A model generated the notes under the pieces. That model was given only the letters and a program-made list of their open reading frames with translations, searched no databases and was not told the origin of the DNA. A stretch of 63,109 nucleotides of DNA, counting the filler, from Globobulimina sp. (lineage: Eukaryota), in the NCBI GenBank assembly GCA_003354225.1. It is 27 parts of 27 records of this genome, joined end to end, with 100 filler letters (N's around TTAATTAATTAA, not from the genome) between each part and the next. Parts side by side here need not be neighbours in the genome. Positions count along the whole stretch, not along the records: positions 1 to 2,242 come from PIVH01007936.1; positions 2,343 to 4,584 come from PIVH01007937.1; positions 4,685 to 6,926 come from PIVH01007938.1; positions 7,027 to 9,268 come from PIVH01007939.1; positions 9,369 to 11,610 come from PIVH01007940.1; 22 more parts are not named here. One strand, 5' to 3'. A program made the position numbers and the translations under genes. This document shows, one piece after another, positions 1 to 11,710 of the stretch; positions within the stretch are counted from its first letter, which is position 1; every line of letters starts with the position of its first letter.

Positions 1-186
1 GGAAAGCCCATAGAAGAACTCGAAAGAGAGCTTGGCATCAAGGGGTCCATAAAACTGGCTTCCAATGAAAATCCGCTGGGTCCATCACCGATGGCTGTTC
101 AGGCGATCATGCAAAAAGTGCAGGGGCTTCATCGTTACCCGGATGGAAGCGGTTATTATCTAAAAACGAGGCTGAGCGAGAAGTTC
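1..186 (+). CDS. hisC: Bacterial histidinol-phosphate aminotransferase N-terminal fragment (chimeric join)
   Basis: Frame 1 reads GKPIEELERELGIKGSIKLASNENPLGPSPMAVQAI...HRYPDGSGYYLKTRLSEKF, the classic HisC N-terminus; similarity ends abruptly near 187. Confidence 0.9.
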
Positions 187-189
187 GTC

Positions 190-803
190 TCCGCTGCCAG
201 CATCGGCCATTGCCACGCTGGAGGGGCGTTGCTTGAATGGAACGAAGATGAGAAAAGATTCTTTGCAAAACATCATCCAAACCCGGCATACCCATACCAG
301 CCATACGCTGTTTTTTTTTATCCACATCAAACATGCCACCTTTTAATGGATTCAATGGGTTTTTAAACAATTTGTTCTTTTTGGCGCCAAGTCCAAACAT
401 CGTCTTTCTTGCTTTCTCATTGATTTCATTCATATTTGGGATATTTGGAATATTCATACCCGGCATGTCTGGAATATTATTTTCTATATTTTCCATATTT
501 TCCATATTTTCCATTTCTTGTTCATTTTCATAATAATTATAATTAATATTATTATTATTATCGACTGAATCTGAGACTGAAAATACTTTATATATAATAA
601 GTAAACCGATAACAAATATAAATACACCAATTATAATATACATGGTTTGTTTGTTGTTATTTGCTTTAGTTTTTGGATCATAATTATCTGTATTTAACCT
701 GGTTGTTGTTCTGCGGCTTACACGTTGACAAAACAAAATATATATTATTTGATTGAATAGGTGAAAATCATAGATGTTTCCCATACCGCCTGGATGTGTG
801 CAT
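190..803 (-). CDS. Eukaryotic single-pass membrane protein, 3'-truncated at the chimera junction
   Basis: TM segment MYIIIGVFIFVIGLLIIY and N/E-rich repeats; probable intron about 786-717 after exon MHTSR. Confidence 0.5.
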
Positions 804-1050
804 TATTTATTTTGTTGCTGTAGTGCAGGTCGAATGCTTTTTTTATGTATTGCAGATTTTTTTGAGTAAAAGTTTTTCATCGCCAAAACTGCTTAAATAA
901 ATCTATTATCACTGTAAAGCGATGGTTGCAAATTCATACAAATCTTCTCAAATCTCAATGTTATTCGCAAATCGGCAAATGTTTGTTTTACAACACTAAA
1001 AGAAATAAATAATTATTATACATGCAATGTGTGAGATAACTCAATTTCTA

Positions 1051-1491
1051 TCAATTCCCAGCAAGATCAGGTGCTTCAAACCCTTTCCATCCAATCGATA
1101 ACCAAAGAGATAATATAATCATATTAACCACTGTTCCAAACACAACCGTAACCAAAACATAAGTTTGTGCTTTCAACCGCGCCGATTTATATGTTTGATA
1201 ATTCCCTTTTGAATGCAAATACATTGCATTATTCGCCTGTTTTATGGCATAAATTCCGCATGGTATCGCCCAAAAACATAAAATCATTGCGGTCCATGCA
1301 AACCATCGAGTGTCTTGGAAAAATACATATTTATCATCATCGTCAATATCGTCTGCAGCACATAATTCATATTTCGTACCATCGTCATTCTTGTTCCGTT
1401 TATTTAACGTCATGTTGGTTCGCATGGAAATTGAAGATAAGGATTTTTTTTGAAGCTCAAAAAGTCGATCAGTAGGATATAAATAATTCAT
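1051..1491 (-). CDS. CD225/dispanin (IFITM-like) membrane protein
   Basis: AMILCFWAIPCGIYAIKQANNA...GNYQTYKSARLKAQTYVLVTVVFG matches the CD225 pattern of two hydrophobic segments and a conserved loop. Confidence 0.75.
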   Translation of the reverse strand: MNYLYPTDRLFELQKKSLSSISMRTNMTLNKRNKNDDGTKYELCAADDIDDDDKYVFFQDTRWFAWTAMILCFWAIPCGIYAIKQANNAMYLHSKGNYQTYKSARLKAQTYVLVTVVFGTVVNMIILSLWLSIGWKGFEAPDLAGN

Positions 1492-2242
1492 ATCCTTTTA
1501 TCTGTATAATAATCATTTTAAATTATATAATACACGATTTTCAAAGGAGAGAAAAAAAAAAGGTGCCAGTTGACAACAAACAAACGAACGAACACAAAAA
1601 CGCGTTCCCCAAATATATGCATTGAGAAATGCAAAATAATAATTAAAAGAAAAAAAACAAATAGCTATACATACATCAATTATCATACATTAATGTTTAT
1701 AACATTTATATTAATTTTATAATATTTTGCTAGAAATATCGAGAAAAAAACAAAGAAACAGAAAAAAATAAATTGCCCAAACAAAAATCGAATGAAAAGT
1801 CACAGAAAAGGATTCACAAAAAACTATACATTGTAGCAATAATCATATTCAATTCAATAACAATAATAACAACAACAAAAACACAAAAATAAAGAAATAA
1901 GACACCAACTCACCGATTCTGTGAAGACAACAACAATAAAAAAATAATAATAAAATAAACAATGCGTTGTTTTACAAAAAAATGTCAGTTGTAAATTGTT
2001 ATCCTGACACTGAATACTTTTAATATTTAACTTTCAGAAAAAAGAAGAGCAGAAATGAGATATTTCAACATAAAAAATAAAAAACACAAAAAAAAAACTC
2101 AAATTACAAAATAAATAGGAAAAAAGAAGAATGCTTGGAATCATTTGTTACATCGACTGTTAATACGAGAGTGAGAAAAAAAAGAGGCTGAATAAAAATA
2201 TGTGACATAGAAAAACCAACAAAAAACCACAAAAAAAGCTAA

Positions 2243-2342
2243 NNNNNNNNNNNNNNNNNNNNNNNNNNNNNNNNNNNNNNNNNNNNTTAATTAATTAANN
2301 NNNNNNNNNNNNNNNNNNNNNNNNNNNNNNNNNNNNNNNNNN
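2243..2342. other. Artificial contig spacer N44-TTAATTAATTAA-N44 (first of 26; recurs about every 2.34 kb up to 60770-60869)
   Basis: Identical 100-bp linker with stops in all six frames; inter-spacer segments are 2242/2241/2240 bp. Confidence 0.99.
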
Positions 2343-2601
2343 AGGCTATATAAACAGGCAGTGTTTCAAAAACGAAATGTTTTGAATTCAAACTGTAATT
2401 TTAAAAACAATGTGTTTCAAACAGGTCCTATTCTAAAGTAGTTAAAAAAAGGTGTTGGTGCAGTATAACGATTCAGTATTATTTTAGTTATGTTTGCGTC
2501 CTTATTAAATCAAGAAGTGTTGTAGGTTTTTTATAATAAAAAAATCGTTTCATAATACTTTCCTTCGAAGTCTTAATTGTTAGTTCACGCTTATACGCAA
2601 T

Positions 2602-4584
2602 ATGATGGTCGACGACATTTTACAATTAGCGTACAACCAACAATTTTTAGAGCGTATTACCAATGCATCCGAAATTGGAGGTGATTTAGAATTATTGTCC
2701 AAATTGCCTGAATATAATAAATTAACAGAATTTGAAAATAACCTGAAGAATGAAAATAAAATCAATTTTTCTACCATATTTAACGAACCCGTGGGTCAAT
2801 ATTTATTTCAAACATTTTTATACACCGAGTATAGCGTCGACAAAGCCATCTTTATAAACGACGTGAAAACCTTTAAAACGTTAAACGACCCATCGGCGAG
2901 ACATAATGTCGCATTTAAAATCTATGACAGATTCTGTGGTCCCGAGCGAGACAATCATATTCAAGGCATTTCTGTATTTTCCAATTTCGACGAAAGCAAA
3001 CAAGACGGCAATATGCCATGGTATGCGATTAAAAAAAACGAAGAACTCACAAAAAGTAATCAATATGAAGTTGTCGAGACTATTTCTGATGAATTAACTA
3101 TCACAAAATCCAAATCAATCAATAATAATTATTTACTAACTTCGGGTACAAATCCACACTATTTTTCAGTTTCAAACACATTTAAAAACCGGAAAAATAA
3201 ACAGGCACAAATACCATTGGTATCTATGGCAAATCCATCAAAACATTAAAACACAAAATCGACAACAACTTAACCAACGATGTGAGCCTATTTGACGCGA
3301 TTTTGTCTGAGGTGTACAATGATTTACGTTTGGACGTCTTCCCTCGATTCGAGAAATCCATTTATTACAAAACGTATATTAAATATAAATCAATGGAAAG
3401 CAAATTCAAATGCAGCATCTCCAATTTCCAGACCCTGCGAACTTTAGGAAAAGGCGCCTTTGGTTTGGTTAATGCGGTGGAAAAAAGAGATTGTTGTAAA
3501 TTATATGCCATTAAACAAATTAATAAGAAACGCGTCTTTGCCACCAACAATTTGAAAACTGTGATGCAGGAAAGAAATTATTTATGTTTGATGAACAGTA
3601 ATTTTGTTACCTCATTAAAATATGCGTTTGCTGATCAAGACCAAATATATTTAGTTTTAGGTACATTTTTTTTCCCTTTCAAACTGATAAAAAAAAATTG
3701 TCAAACTCCACCGGCTGAAAATGGACGAATTTTGCACTTTGTATGCAAAAACACATTTTTTTTGTCAGTTTGAGCTGGAAATGCGACAATTTATTTGTGT
3801 GTCGATGTCGATGTATATATAGATATAATGCTTGGTGGTGACTTAAAATATCATTTAAATTTTCATACGAAATTCAATGAAGAACGCGCAATATTTCATG
3901 CGGCTCAAATCTTATTAGGTTTACAGCATATTCACAGCAAAGGCATTGTTTATAGAGATTTAAAATTAGAGAATGTGTTAATCGATAAACACGGTCATTG
4001 TCAAATTAGTGATTTGGGATTAGCCGTATTGCAAAAAGACGGCAATGGTGTTCGCGGATATGCTGGTATGTAAACTGACATTTTTAGCCAACAAAACGCA
4101 CCTTTTTCGGTCTTACAGTGGCCCAAAAAGTGTGTAGTTGCCATTTTGGTTTGACATTTTCAAAAAAAAAAACTTTTACTTAGGTACGCCAGGGTACACA
4201 GCGCCGGAAGTGATTTTAGGTTTTTATTATGGCTCAATCGCAGATTTTTTTAGTTTGGGCGTCTTAGTCTATCGATGTTTATGTGGAAGCAAACCATTTT
4301 TACGCAAGAAGCATAAGAAAACTAAGCGAGATAAAAAAAATAAATCCTCCGTGTTGGATCGAAATGTGATTGAAATGGAACCTGAATACAATCCGCATTA
4401 TTTCTCGTCGAAAAGCAGATCATTTTTAAAAGGTTTGATGGCGAAAAACCCGTCGAATCGCTTAGGATATTTTGGTATTAATGACATTAAACAACATCCG
4501 TTTTTTGACAATGTCGATTTTGGCCTATTAGAGGCCGGCTATCTGGCTCCACCGTTCAATGCACCAAATTTGAAGGAGATCTAT
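2602..4584 (+). CDS. GRK: G protein-coupled receptor kinase (RGS-homology domain plus AGC kinase), 3' partial; introns about 3146-3204, 3661-3822, 4066-4183
   Basis: RH domain FSTIFNEPVGQYLFQTFL; kinase motifs LGKGAFG, YRDLKLEN, SDLGLA and AG/TPGYTAPE are reconstituted across GT-AG introns. Confidence 0.9.
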
Positions 4585-4918
4585 NNNNNNNNNNNNNNNN
4601 NNNNNNNNNNNNNNNNNNNNNNNNNNNNTTAATTAATTAANNNNNNNNNNNNNNNNNNNNNNNNNNNNNNNNNNNNNNNNNNNNCCAGGTCTGGAAAATG
4701 AACCTTTATGATCAGAATTACCTTTTTGTTGTAAAACAATTAACACATGTGGCAGAGCAACCATATCATTCCATGCTACTTGTGTGCACAAGCGACATTT
4801 TATAGCAAGTTTACTAATCCAATTATATAGCCTGCAGCATTTGCAATTAGTTAACATAGAGACAAATGTGAAGCTTCAATTTACCAAATCCATCCCAAAT
4901 TTCTTGTTTCTTGATTCA

Positions 4919-5095
4919 TTTTCCTTCGCTTTGAACAACTTTCATTTTAACATCTACATCAATATTTCCGACGTTCCATCCTTTGTTATTCGCATACATT
5001 TTGATAGTAATGGCAGTGCAAGAAGCCAAAGCTGATAGTAAATATTGCGGAGGGTTTGGGTGATTGTCGCCACCACCAACAGATTCTGGTTCATC
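4919..5095 (-). CDS. Bacterial OsmC/YhfA-family fragment (chimeric insert)
   Basis: [40 protein letters not shown] is the OsmC-family signature; both ends are missing. Confidence 0.8.
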
Positions 5096-6926
5096 GACGA
5101 ATTGCGGGAGATCTATTACCGGCGGTACCAACTCCGGAACTGTGCGTTCGAGCTGTTTTTCAGCGATGACACTTCGTGGCTGTTTAATCTGTACGATGAG
5201 CAGAAACGGGACCGCATCTTCAATGCCATCATGACGCTGTCGCCGAGCAACTTGATTGAGAGCAAGGAGTTTTTCAAGAACCCCAAGAAGGCGATCAAGA
5301 GCTCACAAATCCATTATAAATGGTGCCGGCGCGAGATCACTAATTTCGAGTACTTGATGCGATTGAATGTGTTGGCCGGCCGCACCTTCAACGACTTGAC
5401 GCAGTATCCGGTGGTTCCGTGGGTCATCGCGGACTTTGAGTCGCCGACAATCGACACCAACGACCCTAAGATATACAGGGATTTGAGGTAAAATATGTGT
5501 ATATGATCGACTTTGCATATTTACCATACATACATTGCGTAAATACTGTAGCAAACCGATAGGCGCATTGAACGAAGCGCGACTGAACAAATTCAAAGAT
5601 CGCTATCAATCGCTATGTGAGGATCGCGACATCAACAAAGCCAACAACAGCAATTCGGAGCAAGTGGACCATTGCTTTATGTACGGCACTCATTACAGCA
5701 GCATCGGCATTGTCTTGTACTATTTGTTGCGAATGCAGCCGTTCACAGCGTACAACTTGAAATTCCAAGGCGGCAAATTCGATCACGCCGACCGACTGTT
5801 CCATAGCGTGAGGGATTCGTATCAGGGCTGTATGTTGAATATGGCCGACGTCAAAGAGCTGATTCCGGAGTTTTATTACTTGACTGACTTCCTATGGAAC
5901 AAACAGAGCTTGAATTTGGGCGTCAAACAGGAGAATGGCGACAAAGTGGATGACGTGAAATTGCCGCCGTGGGCCGATGGCAAACCGGAGCGGTTCGTGC
6001 AAATTATGCGGGAAGCTCTGGAGTCGGAGCATGTGTCCTCGCATTTGCATCTATGGATCGATCTGATATTTGGATGCAAGCAACGCGGCAAAGAGGCGGA
6101 ATTAGCGAACAATATCTTTCATCCGCACACGTATTCGGGCAATGTGGCCATTGACGAGATTGCGGACGATACGCAGCGGCGGGCCATATTGGCGCAGATC
6201 GACGAGTTTGGCCAGACTCCGATGCAATTATTCAGCAAAAAGCATCAGAAACGGCTCAAGAACACAGAGGTTTTGACCACGATCTTCCAGGCAAAGTCCG
6301 TGAAGTATTACAGTAAGCAGCATTTGACGGATTCGTCGGACGTTGGCATCATCTCAATGTCGTGGAATACGTGCGATAAACAGGTGATTGTCATTGGCAG
6401 CGATTGCTGTTTAGGTACGAGATATATTTGTGTGTTATGTATAAAATATGATATAAATTAATTGTGCAGATATTCATAAATGGGAACAAAACAAGTTATC
6501 CATCGAAAAGAAGTCCAAATCGTCGATTGCCTCTAAAATCGTCAAATTCGGCAAATCGAAGAAAAGCAACAAGATCTGCAGCAGCGGAGCTTCCTTTTCC
6601 TCGTCGATCCGACACAAAAATTTGTGTTTTGCCACCACTCGCGACGGGCAATATATATTTGGTTGCGGCTTCGAGGACAATTCCTTCGTTGTTTGGGACA
6701 CTTTGCATAACAAAATCTATCAAAACATCAAGAAGCACAGCGACATCGTCTCCTGTTTGGCTTTGGACGAAGACCTCGAAAAACAAAAAGCGATTTTGGT
6801 CACCGGCTCGTACGATAAGTCCGTGATGGTTTGGCGCATCAACCTCAACGCCAAACAAACGAAAGCGTCCAAGACCAAGAATAAGAAAAACAAATCGCAT
6901 TCGCGCAAGCATTCCTTGCCGCATTC
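5087..6926 (+). CDS. PH-BEACH-WD40 protein (neurobeachin/LRBA-like), partial; introns about 5488-5550 and 6415-6469
   Basis: [10 protein letters not shown] motif; [64 protein letters not shown]40 repeats downstream. Confidence 0.95.
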
Positions 6927-7026
6927 NNNNNNNNNNNNNNNNNNNNNNNNNNNNNNNNNNNNNNNNNNNNTTAATTAATTAANNNNNNNNNNNNNNNNNN
7001 NNNNNNNNNNNNNNNNNNNNNNNNNN

Positions 7027-8669
7027 TTCAATGAACCAAAAAATGTTAAATCAATACCAAGAACACTTGCTAAAAACTTAGTTAATCCAGATTTACCTGT
7101 TCCGTTAATCTTTTAGTAAAATATTAATATAATTTGATTAACCTTTGCTGGATTTTGAATGATATCTGCGAAATATTGTATAAAGTAATCAAATGCTTTT
7201 TCATCATCTTCACATATATTTTTAAGTATATGGTTTAATAAGAATTGTAAATCTTCCATTTTTTCTTCTGGAATATTTTCTTTTTCAAAGAAGTTTAATA
7301 TACGATCATAATTAAAACCTTTAAAAAGATTATAATGTCCTGTTTCTGTATTTTTAGCATCTACAGAATGAGGTAAGAATTGAATATTGTAATATGCGGT
7401 TTTCTTACTATCTCTTAAATAATCTTTAATGAAGTTTTTTTTATCATCTTTACCATTTTCATCTCTTTCCATGTAATATAAATCATTTTGATAACCTTCT
7501 ATCTTAATTGGTTTTAAATCTCTCTCGTAAACTTTATATTTACTATCCCAAATATAATCTAATCTATAAAATGAGTTAGTATCCCTAATGAATATAATAA
7601 AGTTTTCAAAGTATTGTCTTACAGTATAGTAATTACTTTTAGAATCTTTATCAATTGGGATATTATTTAAATATTCTACTTCAAAGTTACGTGTTGGTGC
7701 TTTTGGTTTATAAACAACCTTTTCAAAGTCTTTGCATTTATCAGAATGGCATTTAATTTTTAAAGTATTATTATATTTATTATGAATTAAGTAATTATTA
7801 TTGTTATTGTGTTCATGTCCACAATAATATTCTTCTAAGTCATAAAATGTGCAACCTTCATAATCACCTTCAGTTTTCACACTTTCTGATTTAGTATTAT
7901 AACCTTTAATAATTGCTGCGATTTCATCTGTTGTATCTAATGCTTTTTGAACAAAATCAGCTCCAACTTTTTCTCTTTTATTATCAACTTGATTAGTTAC
8001 TACTAATACAATTTCTTCACAATCAGCGATGTTTGTAACAAGATGTTTATGAAAATTAGTTTTATCTTTAAAATTAATAGGTGTTAATAATGAACCAAAA
8101 TCTTGTTGGTTTTTTTTAGTCATAGGACAACGAAATTTATTAAATCCATCTCTATAAATTGAAGTATCTAATCCAACTGATAAATTTGTAGCTTCAAATC
8201 TATACATTTGTTCAGCGATAAATTGTCTTAATAATGAAATTTTTACTTTTTTATTCCATAAAACAAAATGGAATGATATTTTCATACATTTTTCTTTTTT
8301 CTTACTATTTTCAAAAGCATGTTCAGTTGGTCTACAATCTTTACTAATAGCCCAGTTACAAGGGCAATCAAATGTATCTGATAAAAGTTCAAGTAACTTT
8401 TCTTGTATGATTACTTCTAATTCTGTTGAATAATCACTCATTCTTACATATTCTTCGTAATCAATATGTGGTTTTATCATAGTTAAGTTTGCGTTATATA
8501 ATTCAAAACAAGTTAATCCTCTTTTACCTCTTATTGAATAATTGTTTTTTAATTCGTCATAAAGTTTATCATAAGTCATTCTTTGCTCCTTTGATGTTTG
8601 TAATGTAAAACATACTGGAATTACAGTATTTAGATGATTAATTGCTTCTTTGGGAGTTTCGTTGGTCAT
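7027..8669 (-). CDS. Virus-type AEP primase / Zn-ribbon / SF3 (D5-like) helicase fusion with in-frame TAA at 7113-7115; 3' partial
   Basis: KISFH and LDTSIY...FR (AEP motifs), CGHEH...CHSDKC Zn ribbon, YNLFKGF...FDYFIQYFADIIQNP, then after the stop KINGTGKS (Walker A) in the same frame; intronless and very AT-rich. Confidence 0.8.
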
Positions 8670-8782
8670 TTTAAATAAAATATATAATATGTTTATATAT
8701 AAAATAAATTTTAAATTATTTTTTTAAATTGTTAAATAGATAACAAATTAAAAAAGTATAATATAAGATTCTGAAATACCGA

Positions 8783-9268
8783 TTAAAATATATTCATCAT
8801 GTTTTCATCAAGTATTACATCCAATTCATTTATGTTTTTACTTAATTTCACATTTAGTTTTTGGTATTTATTAAACTCTACTTTTGAGTTATTATTTATA
8901 TTTCTAATTATAATCTTATCGTCTGTTACTTCTTGTTTTAACATTGATAATAATTTATTATTGAATAATTGCTTTCTATATAAATGCTTTAATTCTGGAA
9001 TAAAAATACTAATTTTATTGGATTTTATATCAACAATATAACTTTCATATTCGTCATTTCTTAATTTGTTATTAATAATATTGATTTTCTCCAACTCTCT
9101 ATACATTTTCTTGTCTTTCTTTTGTTGAATATTAACTTTTTCAATATCAACTTTTAATTTCTTTAATATTTTACTATCTTTATTAGTTAATACTTCTTTT
9201 ACTTGTAAATGTATCATAATATCTACTATTCTACGAATTGGTGAAGTAAAATGTGAGTAATATTTTAA
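8783..9268 (-). CDS. RNase II/R (RNB domain) C-terminal part, giant-virus-like
   Basis: YYSHFTSPIRRIVDIMIH is the RNB motif IV, followed by an S1-like tail; intronless, Lys/Asn-rich. Confidence 0.85.
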   Translation of the reverse strand, partial: LKYYSHFTSPIRRIVDIMIHLQVKEVLTNKDSKILKKLKVDIEKVNIQQKKDKKMYRELEKINIINNKLRNDEYESYIVDIKSNKISIFIPELKHLYRKQLFNNKLLSMLKQEVTDDKIIIRNINNNSKVEFNKYQKLNVKLSKNINELDVILDENMMNIF

Positions 9269-9646
9269 NNNNNNNNNNNNNNNNNNNNNNNNNNNNNNNN
9301 NNNNNNNNNNNNTTAATTAATTAANNNNNNNNNNNNNNNNNNNNNNNNNNNNNNNNNNNNNNNNNNNNGAATATCGGCAATCTTAAGGATGCCAAGGACA
9401 GCAAGGAGAGGAATGATAAGGAGGATGATAATAATATGGAAGCATCGGAGTTAAAAAGAGCGGTTTCTTTGCCGATTGGAAATACAGAACAGCAGCAGGA
9501 TGATGAGGCGGCTGCGCCCGTTGCGTTTGAGCCGTTGAGTGTGAATGATAATTATGAAGGGTCCAATGTTTATGAATGACATACTTGACATTAATATGAT
9601 TTGAGGTTGCCAGAGTTTTGTGTTTGAAAAGTTTGACTTGCGTATA

Positions 9647-10339
9647 ATGGGCAATTGTTTGACTGCGGATGTAAACGACAATGAAAATGAGGACTTGAAT
9701 GTGTTATTTTGTGATAATTGCGATAGTACCATTGTCTGTGGTTACATTAAGGCCATTAACAAACAGTATGAGACGTTATTTTTAAACAAAGACATTGAGA
9801 CAATAATAGCAAAATACTATAATTTTTGGGAAATTGATTGGGATTCGAATGTCGATTATCCGCTAACCATTGATGAATATGGAATTGTTAGCGATGATGG
9901 AGTGGGCAGTACAAACTGCAAAAATGTCTATTCAAATTGTGCATTTTTCCGTGGAAAGCATGAGATAAATATCGAATTCATCACCGGAGGCTGGACATAT
10001 TTACGAGTGGGAATCGTAGAAAATGTGTTATATGACAAAAATTGCGTAGTGGGAGACCTGCGGAGAGACGAAAACAATATGTTTGGCGAATATTATGTTT
10101 ATTTGAATAATGGACATTTTGGCGCTGCATGTTGGGGATGCACATGTTTGTGTGGTGAGGGATATGGAGATGGCGATGTCATTAAAGTTTCGTTAGATTT
10201 TGAAGAATTAACTGTTACATTTCATAAAAACAAAGAAAAGCAATGGAAGTCGCTTCCGATCAAATCCGATATTCAATATACAGTGGTTGTATCTGTCAGA
10301 TCTCCCCACGCTAAGTTCAGATTTCACAATGAACCATAA
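9647..10339 (+). CDS. SPRY/B30.2-like domain protein with N-terminal MGNC lipidation motif
   Basis: GKHEINIEF...LRVGIV...YGDGDVIKVSLDFEELTVTFHKN. Confidence 0.7.
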   Translation: MGNCLTADVNDNENEDLNVLFCDNCDSTIVCGYIKAINKQYETLFLNKDIETIIAKYYNFWEIDWDSNVDYPLTIDEYGIVSDDGVGSTNCKNVYSNCAFFRGKHEINIEFITGGWTYLRVGIVENVLYDKNCVVGDLRRDENNMFGEYYVYLNNGHFGAACWGCTCLCGEGYGDGDVIKVSLDFEELTVTFHKNKEKQWKSLPIKSDIQYTVVVSVRSPHAKFRFHNEP

Positions 10340-10754
10340 ATAAAATATTACACATACTAAATAGCATAGAATTGAATAGCATACTGTTTGTAAAATATTA
10401 CCCATGATACTGTTTGTAAAATTGAATAGCATAGAAAATATATTTATAATTTTAATTTTAGACAAACAAATTGAACACGAGCACTGTTATTTTAATGTAC
10501 TTATTTTGAAATATAATTAATTTTACAATTTTGAACTAAAGAGGAAGTGATCATATTCCGTGTGTGCGAGGATAATGTATACAGTTTCAAACGTATTCCT
10601 GTTTCAAATTATTCACATTTGGATGAATATTCTACTTCTTCATAGTCAACGAATTGAATTGAACATCAATAATTAATTTTTAATTAAACAATGAAAGCAG
10701 AGCAAGGATAGCAAGCCAAGTCAAGTCAACATTAATAATTAATTCAAATTGCAG

Positions 10755-11396
10755 TTAAACAACAATCCGATATGTGACATATCTTCCAGCAGTCTCCGAT
10801 TGTCGCGTAATTTTAAAAACTTGACCTTTTTGTGCACCAAAATACCGAGCAACAGGGTCTAATTTTTGTATTCGTGGTAATTGTGCTTCAGAATTTAATT
10901 TATATTTTTCTAATAATAGTTTTTTATCTTTGTCTGATAATATTTGATGCTGTGGCACTAATTTGTGCTGCGTAATATTTATCATTAATTCGGATTGTTT
11001 AAATGTTTCAATTTGGCATCTTCCCGATACTTTTTCCAATGCCCTTCGTGCAAATGCTGTCACTTCAACTTTCATCACAATTATTCCTTTGCTGACTTCA
11101 TGTTCTTCCATTTTTTTGCATACTTCCTTGATGACCGGCACTCCCAATTTCTCCTCTTCTGGAAAAAATACAACTATATTATTCGATGTATCATCCTGAT
11201 AAAATGAGTAAATCTTAAACTCTGCGCGGGATGGTCTCTCATCATACTCCGCCCGGAACTTTTCAAAGGTTTTATTCAATTCTGCTTCTTCTATCACGTA
11301 ACCGCGATCTTTTAGCATTTGATTCACTGTTTTCCAGGCTTTGAAGAATTTCGATAATTCCTCTTCTGACATTTTTGTATTTCCTAAGTAAGCCAT
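10755..11396 (-). CDS. RPB5: DNA-directed RNA polymerases I/II/III subunit RPABC1
   Basis: TVNQMLKDRGY...INITQHKLVPQHQIL...LPRIQKLDPVARYFG...KITRQSETAGRYVTYRIV. Confidence 0.97.
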   Translation of the reverse strand: MAYLGNTKMSEEELSKFFKAWKTVNQMLKDRGYVIEEAELNKTFEKFRAEYDERPSRAEFKIYSFYQDDTSNNIVVFFPEEEKLGVPVIKEVCKKMEEHEVSKGIIVMKVEVTAFARRALEKVSGRCQIETFKQSELMINITQHKLVPQHQILSDKDKKLLLEKYKLNSEAQLPRIQKLDPVARYFGAQKGQVFKITRQSETAGRYVTYRIVV

Positions 11397-11461
11397 TATA
11401 CGTTAAATCACACCCAAAAAACTGTTCACTCTAAACTCAAAACTAAATCAAACGTGGCATT

Positions 11462-11610
11462 ATGTTTCAAATCAGGTCAAAACTATTTCGCAATAGCAAC
11501 AAACTGATAGATAATTGTCTCCAGCAATCAATATTGTGCAATAATTTTTCATCTCTTGCACAATCCAACACGATAACATTACCTCGTAACACTAACCAAG
11601 TCCAAGGATT
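11462..11610 (+). CDS. N-terminus of a probable mitochondrial protein (presequence), partial
   Basis: MFQIRSKLFRNSNK, R/S/L-rich; divergent from RPB5. Confidence 0.4.
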
Positions 11611-11710
11611 NNNNNNNNNNNNNNNNNNNNNNNNNNNNNNNNNNNNNNNNNNNNTTAATTAATTAANNNNNNNNNNNNNNNNNNNNNNNNNNNNNNNNNN
11701 NNNNNNNNNN

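Noticed and set aside
7113-7115. TAA-to-Gln genetic code reassignment
   Set aside because: Only one internal TAA in more than 500 AT-rich codons, and neighbouring genes end in TAA
8670-8782. Mimivirus early promoter AAAATTGA upstream of the primase
   Set aside because: The motif is absent on the coding strand
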